64,000 nt of DNA from Scenedesmus sp. PABB004 (Eukaryota). Position 1 is the stretch's first letter; each line of letters begins with the position of its first letter. The notes beneath the pieces were generated by a model. It was not told where the DNA came from. It saw only the letters and a list, made by a program, of their open reading frames with translations, and made no database searches. The DNA lies in the NCBI GenBank assembly GCA_014905635.1, contig JABVCE010000031.1:186001-250000 (forward strand), given 5' to 3'. Below, in pieces: positions 11,877-21,614 of this stretch. The translations under genes were made by a program, and so were the position numbers.

Positions 11877-13641
11877 TCACCGGCCCGCGGCGATCAGGCC
11901 GCCAGGCAGCGCGCCGCCGCCGCCGCCGCCGCCGCCGCGCTTGGCCAGCAGGGCGGCCAGGCCCGCCGCGTCGTCGGCCGCCGTGGCGCCGGACTCGCCC
12001 TCCGCGCCGTCGGGCGCCAGCTCGGCCGCCAGCAGCGGCGCGAGCCGGCCGCTCGCGCTCAGCGCCCGGCGCGCCGCCGCGAGCAACGGGCGCCGCAGCT
12101 GCGGCAGCGCGCCCGGCTCGGGGCTCTCGCCGCGGCTGGGCGTGCCCGACGGCGGCCGGCCGGCGCCGGGGCCGCCCGCGCCCGAGCCGCCCCAGGTGCC
12201 GCCCGGCGCGCCGTCGCCGGTGCCGGGCAGCCCCGAGGGCAGCCGGCTGCCCTGCAGCACGCGCAGCAGCGCGGCGTCGCCGGCGAGCGCCTTGGGCCGC
12301 TGCGCCAGGCAGGGCGGCAGCGGGATGCGCGACGCGCCGCTCGCGAGCGCCGCGCTCAGCAGCGGCGGCGAGCCCGCGGGCGAGCCGGGGCGGCTGCTGC
12401 CCGCGCGCGACGCGCGGAGCGCGCCGGCGGCGGCAGAGCGCGGCGCGCCGCCCGCGTCGCCCGTGTCGCCCGCGTCTCCCCGGGCTGCCGCGCCGGCAAA
12501 GGGCGACGTGAGCCAGATGGGGTTGATCCCGCTCCCGCAGTCGGGCGCCTCGCCGTGCTGCGCGGGCTGCTGCACCGCCGCCAGCGCTGCGGCCGCGGCG
12601 GCCGCGAGCGCGGCGCCGCCGCTCGCGCTGCTGGCGCGCGCGGGCGGCCCGCCGGCCAGCTGGCACGGCGTTTGCGCCGCGCTGGCGGAGCCACCGGCCG
12701 GCGCGGCTGTGGCCGCGGCCGGCAGCCCGCTGCCGTAGCTCGCCCGCAGGCCGCCGACCGCGGCGAGCGCCGACCTGGGCCGCGCAAAGGCCGAGTTGCC
12801 GCGCGGCGGCGGCGGCGACGCCGGCGGCGACGCGCCGCCCCCGCCGCCCGCGACGGGCGCGGTTGCGATGCGGCTGGGCAGGGCGCCCGCGGCCGCGCCC
12901 GCGGCGCCGCCCCCGGGCGCCGCGGCCGGCGCCGCCGCCGCGAGGCGCGCGCGCAGCGCGGCCGCCTCGCCCGCCGCCGCGGCGTGTGCCTCGGCGAGAC
13001 GCTGCACGCGGCCGTAGAGGCTGTACGCCGTGTCGTACAGCTCCGCCCGTTCCGCCTCGGCCTCACGCAGCACCGCCGCATAGCTCGCGAGTGACTGCTC
13101 CGCCTCGGCCAGCTTGTCGCGCAGCAGCGCGCGGTCGGCCGCGGTGATGGTCAGCCGCAGCTGCAGCGCCTGGCCCTGCGCCTGCGGCGGCGCGCGGCGG
13201 CGGCGCGCTCAGCGGCGGGGGCCTGCCCGCAGGCCGTCGCGGCGGCCTGGGCGCGGCGCGGCGCGGGAGGCGGGCCGGCGCACCATGTGCCGCGCCTCTC
13301 GCAGCAGCGTCTCGTTGTTCTCCAGCTGCGCCGCCAGCAGCTCCAGCCGCACCTCGAGCTGCGCCGTCCGCGCCGCCGCGCCGGCCGCGTCAGCCAGCGC
13401 GCCGTGGCACGCGGTCGGCACGGGGCCGAGCCAGTGCGCGGGCTGCGCGCCGCCGCCGCCGCCTGGCGGCGCCGCGCCCGGCAGGGCCAGCGCGAGCGTC
13501 TTGGAGGTGCGGCGCGCGCCAGGGAAGTAGACAGCACACGGCACCACCGCCAGCGGCGGCGGCTCCGCCGCCGCCCCCGGCGCAGCGCCGTGCGGCTGCA
13601 GCTGGCGCGCGCTGCCGCCGCGGCTGGCGCCCCGCGGCGAC

Positions 13642-13700
<59 letters not shown>

Positions 13701-16371
13701 CACCAGGTCCTCGCTGCTGCCGCCGTCCGACAGGCGCAGCAGCTCGCCGGCGCTCAGCAGCTCCCGCGTCGCGTCGCGGTCGCGCGCCCGCGCCGCCGCG
13801 CCGCCCTGCCAGCTGCCATAGTGCGCGAGCGACCCGGCGCTCAGGCAGCGCCGCAGCGCCGCCGCCGACGCGCACGCCCGGCCGCCGCCGCCGCCGCCGC
13901 CGTCGCCCGCCCCGGCGGCGGCCTGGAGGCCGCCCCGGACCTGCTCCACGAGCGCCGCCAGCATCGCCCGGTTCATGCCCAGCAGCTGGTCCCGCTCCAG
14001 CGCAACGATCGCGTGGCACTCGTGCAGGTACGCCGCCTGCGCCGCTTGGTCGGCGAGCGCGTCGGCCGCGTTGGCGCTGCTGCTGCCGGCGAGGCCCGCG
14101 GTCATTGCCGCGAGCACCACCGGCGACAGCGCGCCGCCGCCGGCCGCCGCCGCGCCTGCGCGCGCGGGCACGGGGGCGGGCGGGCGTGCGCCGGCACGCG
14201 CTCGGCCGCGCCCCTCGCGCCGCGCGCCCCTTCCCCTCCCCCGCCGTGACGCGCGCGCCCTGCCCCCGGCTCACTGCTGAGCGCGGCGAGCTGGCCCTTG
14301 AGCGCCTCCACCTCTGCCTGGTAGCGCGCGACGACCGCGGCGACGTCGAGCGCCTCGTTGCGGGTCGCGGCGACCTTGATGCGCTTTGCGCCGTCGGCAA
14401 AGCGCAGCGTGTTCCACGTCTCCTCGCTCTGGCTGCTCGCGGGCGTGACGTTGCAGATGATCGCCACGCGCGCGCCGCCCCCGGTCAGCGACGGCTGCGG
14501 CGGGCGCGCCGGCGCGCGTCGGCGCGTCGGCGCGGCGCGGCCGCCCGTGTCGCACGGCCGAGCAGCCGGCGCGCCGCCGCGCGCAGCCGCACCTTGAGCA
14601 GGCGCGTGAGCAGCGAGTCGCGGAACGGGACGTGCCCGCCGCCGGCGCCGCCCTTGGCGAGCTCGTGCACGACCTTGCCCAGCGTGAGCAGCGAGCGGTT
14701 GATGTCGCGCGCCTCCGCCTGCTGGTCCTTGGACAGCGCCGCACGCGCGCCCTCGCTGCCCGCGAGGTCCACGAGCGTCAGCCACGCGCTCGTGCGCGTC
14801 GTCGCGCCGCCGGGCCCGCCGCCGCCCGCGGGCGCGCTCTCGACGAGGAAGCGGCAGAGCGTGTGGCTGCGGCTGGAGGTGTCGTTGTACGCCGTCGCGC
14901 CGACCTGCGCGCCGGCCGGCGGCGGGGCGCGGGTGTCCCCGGGTCAGCCGCAGCGGCGGCACGCTCGGAGGACCCCTCCAAGCCCCGCCGCCGCCGCCGC
15001 CGCCGCACGCGGGTGCCGGGCGGCCGGCCGCCTGCCCGCCCCGGCCGCGCCGCACCTTGCGGTTGTCCTGCCCCTGCTGGATAAGCGCGAGCGCCTCGGC
15101 CGCGCTCGCGACGCGGCCCTCGGTCAGGCCCTTGACCACCAGCTGGCTGCTGCCGCGGCCCTCGCGCTCCTGCGCGCGCGCGGGCGCCGCAGCGTGGGCG
15201 TTGTGGGCCGCGCCCGCCGCCGCCGGCTTTGCTGCCGCCGCCGCGGCGCCCGCCCCCGCGCCTGCACGTCCAGGTTGAGCTTGCTCGGGTCCAGCAGGTC
15301 GTTGAGCATCTCGCAGTAAATCTCCATCATTGAAAAGGTCACCACGAACGACCTGCGCCCGCCGCGGCGGCGGCACGGGGCTCGGCGGCTGCCCCGGCGC
15401 CGCCGTTGCCGCCGCCGCCACGCGGTGGCCCTCGTCCCCGCCCGCGCGCCGCGCGCGCGCGGCCCGCCCGCGCGCCGCACCGCTCGGCGGCCTGCTGCGT
15501 GATGAGGTCGAAGAGCGCAGCGATCGCGCGCGGCGCGACGCCCGGGTCGGCGCCCGTGCCCATCATCGTGTGCGTCTTGCCGCTGCTCGTCACGCCGTAC
15601 GCAAACACCGTCCCGCTCACGCCGGTCACCACGGGCTCGACCGCCGCGCGCGCGGCGCACTCAAACACCTGGGGCGCGGCGGGCGCCCGGGCGCGCGCGC
15701 AAGGTCGGCGGCTGCCCGCGCGCGCGCGCGCGCTGCTGGGCGGCGCGGGTCAGCTCGCCGAGCTCAGGCCCAGGCTATTGCGCCCAACCTGTTCGTTGTT
15801 TGAGGTCTCATCAAAGACCAGGTCGTACGCATACTTGATGCTCAGCCGCCCCGGCTCGCGCGGCGACGCGAGGCCCACGCCGCCGGCGCCGTCGGTGGCC
15901 CACACGCCGGCGTCGCCGCGCGCGCGCTCCTTGTCGCTGCGGGCGGGAGCGGCGTGGCGCGGGGCGCGCAGCGCGCGCGGCGCGTGGGTGGTCGGCGGCC
16001 CCGCAGCGCGTCGCCCGCGCGGGCGGCGCCGGTGGCGGCAGGTGCCACTGGCGCGCCTGGCTGCGGCAGCGGCGGCCGCGCCACCAGGCGGGCCGGCTCC
16101 GCGCGCGGCGTTCGGCGGCACGCGCGCCGCCGCCGCTGCTGCGCGCCGGCGCCGCCGGCTCGCGGCCTCACCTCAGCGGGCGGATGCGGACCGCGACCCG
16201 TATGTTGTCCCTGCTGCGCTGCGGCTCGCCGCCGCCCTCGCCGGCGCTGCGGCTGCTGCTGTCGGAGCGCAGGCCCCCTGGCCCGCCCTCGTCGCTGCTG
16301 GGCCCGCGGCCGCCCCGGGGAGTTCGCGGGACGTCCCCGGGCGCCACTCCGGGCTTGAATATGGTCGCCAT
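11877..16371 (-). CDS. Kinesin-7 (CENP-E/plant KIN7-like) motor protein, multi-exon
   Basis: NIRVAVRIRPL, YAYDLVFD, P-loop FAYGVTSSGKTHTM, SMMEIYCEMLNDLL, YNDTSSRSH, LVDLAGSE, INRSLLTLGKVV, HVPFRDSLLTRLLK, ETWNTLRFA, followed by coiled-coil and low-complexity tail. Confidence 0.93.
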
Positions 16372-16611
16372 GTGCTGTCCGCGCCCAGCAGCAGCAGTAC
16401 AGGCCCGGGAACGCCCCTCCCGGGCTGGCGGGGCTGCGGGAGGGCGCGCCGAGCTCGGGGCGAGCTGGTGATAAGCGCTGGAGCTGTGGGAGCGTGCGAG
16501 CTCGACCGCCGCGTGTCACACACACCCGCGCCGCAGCTGCGCCGCGGCCGGCTGGCCGCCGCCGGCGCCGGCACGCCGCGGCGACGCCAAGCGCGCGTGG
16601 CGTCGCTCGCC

Positions 16612-17760
16612 TCAGCTCGCGGCGAGCGCGCCGGCGGCCCAGGCGTCGAGCTCGGTCGACGGCACGTGCTGCGCGGCGGCCAGCACGCGCGCGATGCGCG
16701 CCGTCGTGCCCGGCGACCCGCTCGTAAGCCAGACGCGGCCGTTCATGCCGACCGCGACCTCGAACTGGTGCGCCGCGCCAACGGCGGCGAGCAGCGGGTG
16801 CGGCGGGCGCGCGAGCAGCGCGCGCGCGTGGCCGAGGCCGCACTCGAGCTGCGTGCCGCCCTTGAGCTGACCAAAGCCCGAGGCCTTGCCCATCGCGTCG
16901 ACGCAGGAGAGCACGGGGTCCATGTCCCGGCTCGCCGACACGACGCGCGCATAGACCAGGTCGCCGGCCACGAGCGCGGGGCGGTTGCGCCGCGTCGCGC
17001 CCTCGAACGAGAGCATCGGCAGCTGCGAGGGGAAGGGGCCGCCCACGTCGACGATGAAGTTCTGTGGGAGGCACGGCGGGTGGGAGGGTGGGTGGGTGGG
17101 TGTGGGTGGATGGGGCAGTGTGGCAGGGGCGGCGCAGGCGGCGGCAGGCGTGGAGGGCGGGCACGGGCGGCGGGCGGCGGCGCTGCCGCGGGCGCGCGCT
17201 GCGTGCCGCCCCCGCGCCGGCCAGCCAGCCTCGCTCCCGACCCTGCCTCCCTCCGCGCGGGAGCCCGCGCACCTCGCCCCGCCGGTCGGTGACCGTGCCG
17301 ACCACGAGGTCATCTTCGGCAGGGATGTACCTGCGGCGATGCGGCGCAGGCACAGCACAGGCAGAAGCGGCGGCGGCGGTGAGTGAGTGGCGGCGGCAGT
17401 GGCTGCCAGGCCAGCCATCCGCAGGGGTCGCGCGCGCGAGGCGGACGCGCACAGCCGCCGGTGCAGGCCGCGGCAGCGCACCGCTTCTGTCGGCCCTCGA
17501 GCCAGAGCTGGCCCTTGCGCGTCTGCCGCAGCACGCCGGCCTTGGACGCTAGCACGAAGCCCTCCTCTGCGCGCAGCCCCGGCCCGATGCGCACCGCGCC
17601 CGACGCCGGCAGCGCCTGCACCGCGTCCCCGGGGCCCACCACCTGCGCACGCGCCGCGGCGCCGCGCGGGCGTGCGCGACGGCAGCGGCGCCGGCAGCGC
17701 GCGGCGCGAGCAGCCGGCCGCGCGGCGCTCCCGGCGCACCTGTCCCACGAGGTCCGCCAT
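16612..17760 (-). CDS. RRP40: Exosome complex component RRP40 (EXOSC3)
   Basis: MADLVGQ|VVGPGD..IGPGL..KAGVLR..QKR|YIPAEDDLVVGTV..|NFIVDVGG..LSFEGATRRNRPALVAGDLVYARV..FEVAVGMNGRVW. Confidence 0.95.
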   Translation of the reverse strand: MADLVGQVRRERRAAGCSRRALPAPLPSRTPARRRGACAGGGPRGRGAGAAGVGRGAHRAGAARRGGLRASVQGRRAAADAQGPALARGPTEAVRCRGLHRRLCASASRARPLRMAGLAATAAATHSPPPPLLPVLCLRRIAAGTSLPKMTSWSARSPTGGARCAGSRAEGGRVGSEAGWPARGRHAARARGSAAARRPCPPSTPAAACAAPATLPHPPTPTHPPSHPPCLPQNFIVDVGGPFPSQLPMLSFEGATRRNRPALVAGDLVYARVVSASRDMDPVLSCVDAMGKASGFGQLKGGTQLECGLGHARALLARPPHPLLAAVGAAHQFEVAVGMNGRVWLTSGSPGTTARIARVLAAAQHVPSTELDAWAAGALAAS

Positions 17761-18200
17761 GCCGGCTCGCCCCGCGGCCTGGGAGGCCGCGCCGGCCGCT
17801 GCTTGCCGAGAAGCCGAGCTGCTGCTGCTGCTGCCCTGTCCGGGCGCGGGAGGCCACCGCCGGCTGCTGCACCGCCGCCGGACGAGAGGGCACTTCCGAC
17901 ACGAGCGCAGGCCCTGCGCGCTGATCGCTGGCTGGCTGCGGGCGGCGCTGCGGCGGCGGCGGGCGCTGGAGCGGCGGCTGCGTGCGGGGGCGCGCTTGCA
18001 GGAGGGTTTGTTCTGTCGGGGGGGGGGGGGGGGGGGCAGGCCGCGTTGCCTCGCCGGGCACTCACTCACGCCGCCGCCGGGCCCTGCACCCCGACCGCCC
18101 TGACCGCCCGGCTGGCCGCGCGTGCTGGTCGGGACGCGGCGCCGCGGGGCGCTGGGACACCGCCTTGGCAAAGATGCTCACGCGACGCCGCCGGGCAACT

Positions 18201-21200
18201 TTACGAACCCAGCACGGCCTTGGCGAAGACGCTGACCCAGAGCGTCACGGACAGAACTGCGGCGGTGTAGAGCTGCAGCAGCAGCCGCGCCGTCGCGGGC
18301 GCGAGGCCGGCCGTGGCGGGCTGCAGCTGCATCATCAGCACCAGGTTCTGCGCCGGCGGCTGCGCGTGCGCGGGCGCGGCGCGGCGTGGGCGCGGCGCAC
18401 GCGGCGCGCAGCACGCGCGGCGCGCGGGCCGCCGCCCCCATCAGCAGCGGCGCGGCCGCACCATGGCGCTCTGCAGCAGCAGCATGAAGGCGCAGACGGG
18501 GTCCGGCGGCAGCAGGCCCAGCGCGCGGCCGCCGAGCACGAGCCCGAGCGTCGCGGCAGGCAGCAGCACGAACCGCACCGCCGCGACCGCGAGCAGCGTG
18601 CGCGCCTCCCACGCGCTCTGCGGGCGCAGCTGGCCGAGCACGCTGCTGCTCGCGTCGTCGGCCGTGCCCGCGGCGGGGTGGGTGATGCGGATGCCGCTCA
18701 CAACCGGCGCGCCCAGGCCGGCCGCGGCGCCGGCGCCGCCGCTGCCCGGGCCGGCCAGGCCCGGCGGCGGCGCCGCCAGCCCGCCCGCCGCGGCGCCGAG
18801 CGACGCGAGCGCGCCCGCGCCGGCGGCGGCAAAGCCCTGCGGCCCGCCGCCCGGCGCGTCGCTGGCGGCGCCGTCGGGGGCGAGGCTGTCCAAGTCGAGC
18901 GGCGCCGCGCCGCCGGGCGACTCGACCTCCACAGTGCCCCGCGCCGGCCCCCCGCCGGCGCCGCTGCCGCCGCCGCTGCCGCCGCCGCTGGCTTTTGCTG
19001 CAGGCTTGCCCGCAAAGAGCGACGCGGCGAGCACGACCGACTGCAGCGCCAGCGTGCCGCCCGCGAGCAGCTCGACAGTCTCCCAACAGCACCGCATGAC
19101 GCCCAGCAGCGTGCCGAGCTCCCACGCCGTGAACGGCGACGTCGTGTGCGCCGCCACAAACGCGGCCGCCGCGTCGGCGCTGACCAGCAGCGGTCCCACC
19201 GGCGTGAGCCCCAGCGTCACGCCTGCGGGCAGCGGCAGCGGCAGCGGCGGCGGCGGCGGCGGCGGCGTTGCCGTCCGCGCCCGCGGCGGCGGACGCCCGG
19301 CGCGGCGCGGCGCAGGCGCCCCACCTGCGATGACCGCCGCCACTGGCGGGTTGATGGCCTGCCGCAGCGAGCGCACGGCCTCGAGCTGCCCCAGCACGCG
19401 CGCCACGGCCAGCGCCTTGCGCAGCAGCCGCTCCGCGGGCGTGTCGTGCTCGCGCGCCGCGTCCTCGTCGTCGCTGTCGCTGGACACAGCATACACGGCG
19501 CGCGCCGCGCCGCCGGCGCCCTGGCTCCCCGCTGTGGGCAGCTGCTTGGTTATGAGCACCGCGGGCTGGCTGCTCGGCGGCGCGAAGCCGCCGCCGCCGC
19601 CGCTGCCGCTGCTGCCGCTGCCGCCGCCGCCGCCGCCGCTGCTGCTGTCGCTGCTGACCGCCGCTGCCAGGCGCGCCCAGAGCGTCCGGAGCCGGCTGCC
19701 GAGGCCTGCGCGCGCGGTGTGCGCGGTGTGCGAGGTGAGCCGGGCGCGCTGGCCTGCGCGCCAGCGCGCGGCTCGCGGCCGCAGAGCGCACCTCGCCGCC
19801 GCCGCGGCGCCTGCCCCGCCGCCCGGATGGTGCTGTAACCAAACAACCACAGGCAGGGACTCCAGGCGGCGTGGAAGAAGCTGCGAGTGGCGGCGCGGCG
19901 GCGCGCGCGCGTCGGCGGCGCGGCGCCCGGGCCCCATGCGCGGCGGCCCGAGCGGGCGGGCGCAGCGCGCGGGCAGGCCAGAGCGCACGCGGCGGCGGCG
20001 CGCGCGGCGCGGCGGCGGCGGCGCGCGCGCGCGGCGGCGGCGCGCGCGCGCTCGCGTAGCCCATGGCGCGCGCTGCATCGGGCGGCGGCAGCATTGTAGT
20101 GAGATACATGAAGGGCAGGGTCACCGTGTTGCCGTACGCGCACGCGAGCTGCGTGAGCTGCGCGAGGCCCTCCGGGTGGCTCGGCGTCCGCGGCAGCAGC
20201 GCGGGCGCGGCCTGCGCGGCGGCGGAGGCGGCGGTTGCCGTGGCGGCGCGCCCCGCGCGGAAACGGCTGGCTTGCAGCGCGCGGGCGCGCACCGCGGGCG
20301 CGCGCAGCGCCGCTGCGGTGCTTGCGGCGATGGCCGCCGCCGAGGGCGTGGGGTTGAGATCACCCCTGCGCCGCGGGCGGCGGCGCGGCGGCGATCGGCG
20401 CCGCGCCCGGCGCGCCGACGCGCCCGCGCGCCGCCGCACCAGCCGAGCAGGCGGCGCGTGAGCGGCAGCCGCCCGAGCACCGCGTCCGCCGCGAGGCGGC
20501 CAAGCGCGGCGCCGAGCCCGATCTGCGCGACGGCGAGCGCCGGGATGGCGGCGAGCGCGGCGGGCGCCTCGGCGGCGACGAGGGTCTTGGTCGTCGAGGC
20601 GAGCAGGAAGGCAGGGATGATGAGGTGGAAGGCCACCTGGGTTTAGGGTTGGGTTTAGGGTTTAGGGTCACGCGCCACGGGCGGGCCGTGAAGAGGGGTC
20701 GCGGCGCGGGCGCGCGCGTTGCGGGCGGCGCCGCTCGCCGCGCGCGCCCGCGGAGCGGCGGCGCTGCCGCCGGCGCTGCCGCGCGCCGCGCCGCACCCGT
20801 GACATGACCTGGCCGGTCGCGGCGGGGATGAGGCCGCGCTGCTGCATCCCCGCGACGACGGCGCAGAGGAAGAGAAGTTTGAACGACGCCGCGCCCGCCG
20901 CCGCGACGAGCGCCGGGTCGACCAGCTGCCCCAGCTGCCCCAGCGCCCGGGCTCCAGCGCCCGTGGCGGAGCCCGCTGCCGCGAGCGCGGCGTCGGCGCC
21001 GGCGCCGCTGCGCACGCGCCGCCGCGCCGGCGCCGCGCCGCGCCGCGCCGGCGCAGCGGCGCGGCCCTCGCTGCAGCGCCCGCCGCCCGCGCGGCGGCAG
21101 GACGGCCACAACGACGTGGGCGCGCCCTGGAGCTGCTGCCGGCAGCGGCAGGGCGGGGGGACGCGCGGCTGCGTGCGCCCCGCTGCTGCCGCTGCCGCTG

Positions 21201-21207
21201 CCGCCAT
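18201..21207 (-). CDS. Auxin efflux carrier / PIN-LIKES (Mem_trans) family membrane transporter
   Basis: FKLLFLC..VMSR|VAFHLIIPAFLL, CAYGNTVTLPF, WSPCLWLFGY, central loop, INPPVAAVIAG, VRFVLLPA, DPVCAFMLLLQSAM|PPAQNLVLM, final TM helix. Stop TAA at 18201. Confidence 0.85.
20639..20669. repeat. Interstitial telomere-type repeat (TTTAGGG)n at the 3' end of a PILS intron
   Basis: gggtttagggttgggtttagggtttagggt: three TTTAGGG units plus one variant. Confidence 0.85.
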
Positions 21208-21614
21208 CGCCGCGCGGCGCGCCGCTGCCGGGCGGCGGCAGTGCTTCACCGTGAGAGAGCCGGCGAGAGCGGCCTGCGCCGGGACCACTGCGGGGACAGC
21301 AGGAAGGTCCGCGCGCACAGCGGCGACCGCCGCAGCGTCGCAGCGCCGCCGCGGTTCAGACCTCCGCCGCTCAAGCCGCTGCAGCGGGGCCTTGACCGCA
21401 CCGCCCCGCCGCCCGCCCGCATCGCCTGCGCATCGCCCGCGAGCTGCCGTGCGCGTGGGGCCCTTCAACGCGCGCGACCAGCTGTTGCAGCGCGCCCGCG
21501 CGCGCCCTCGCGGCGCCACCGCCCAGCAGCGCGCCCGGGAGCTTCGGGTCTGCCCTCTCCACCCTCGAGCACCGGCGTCGCCGCCAGGCAGGCTGGCGCG
21601 TGGGCGTGGGGCCG

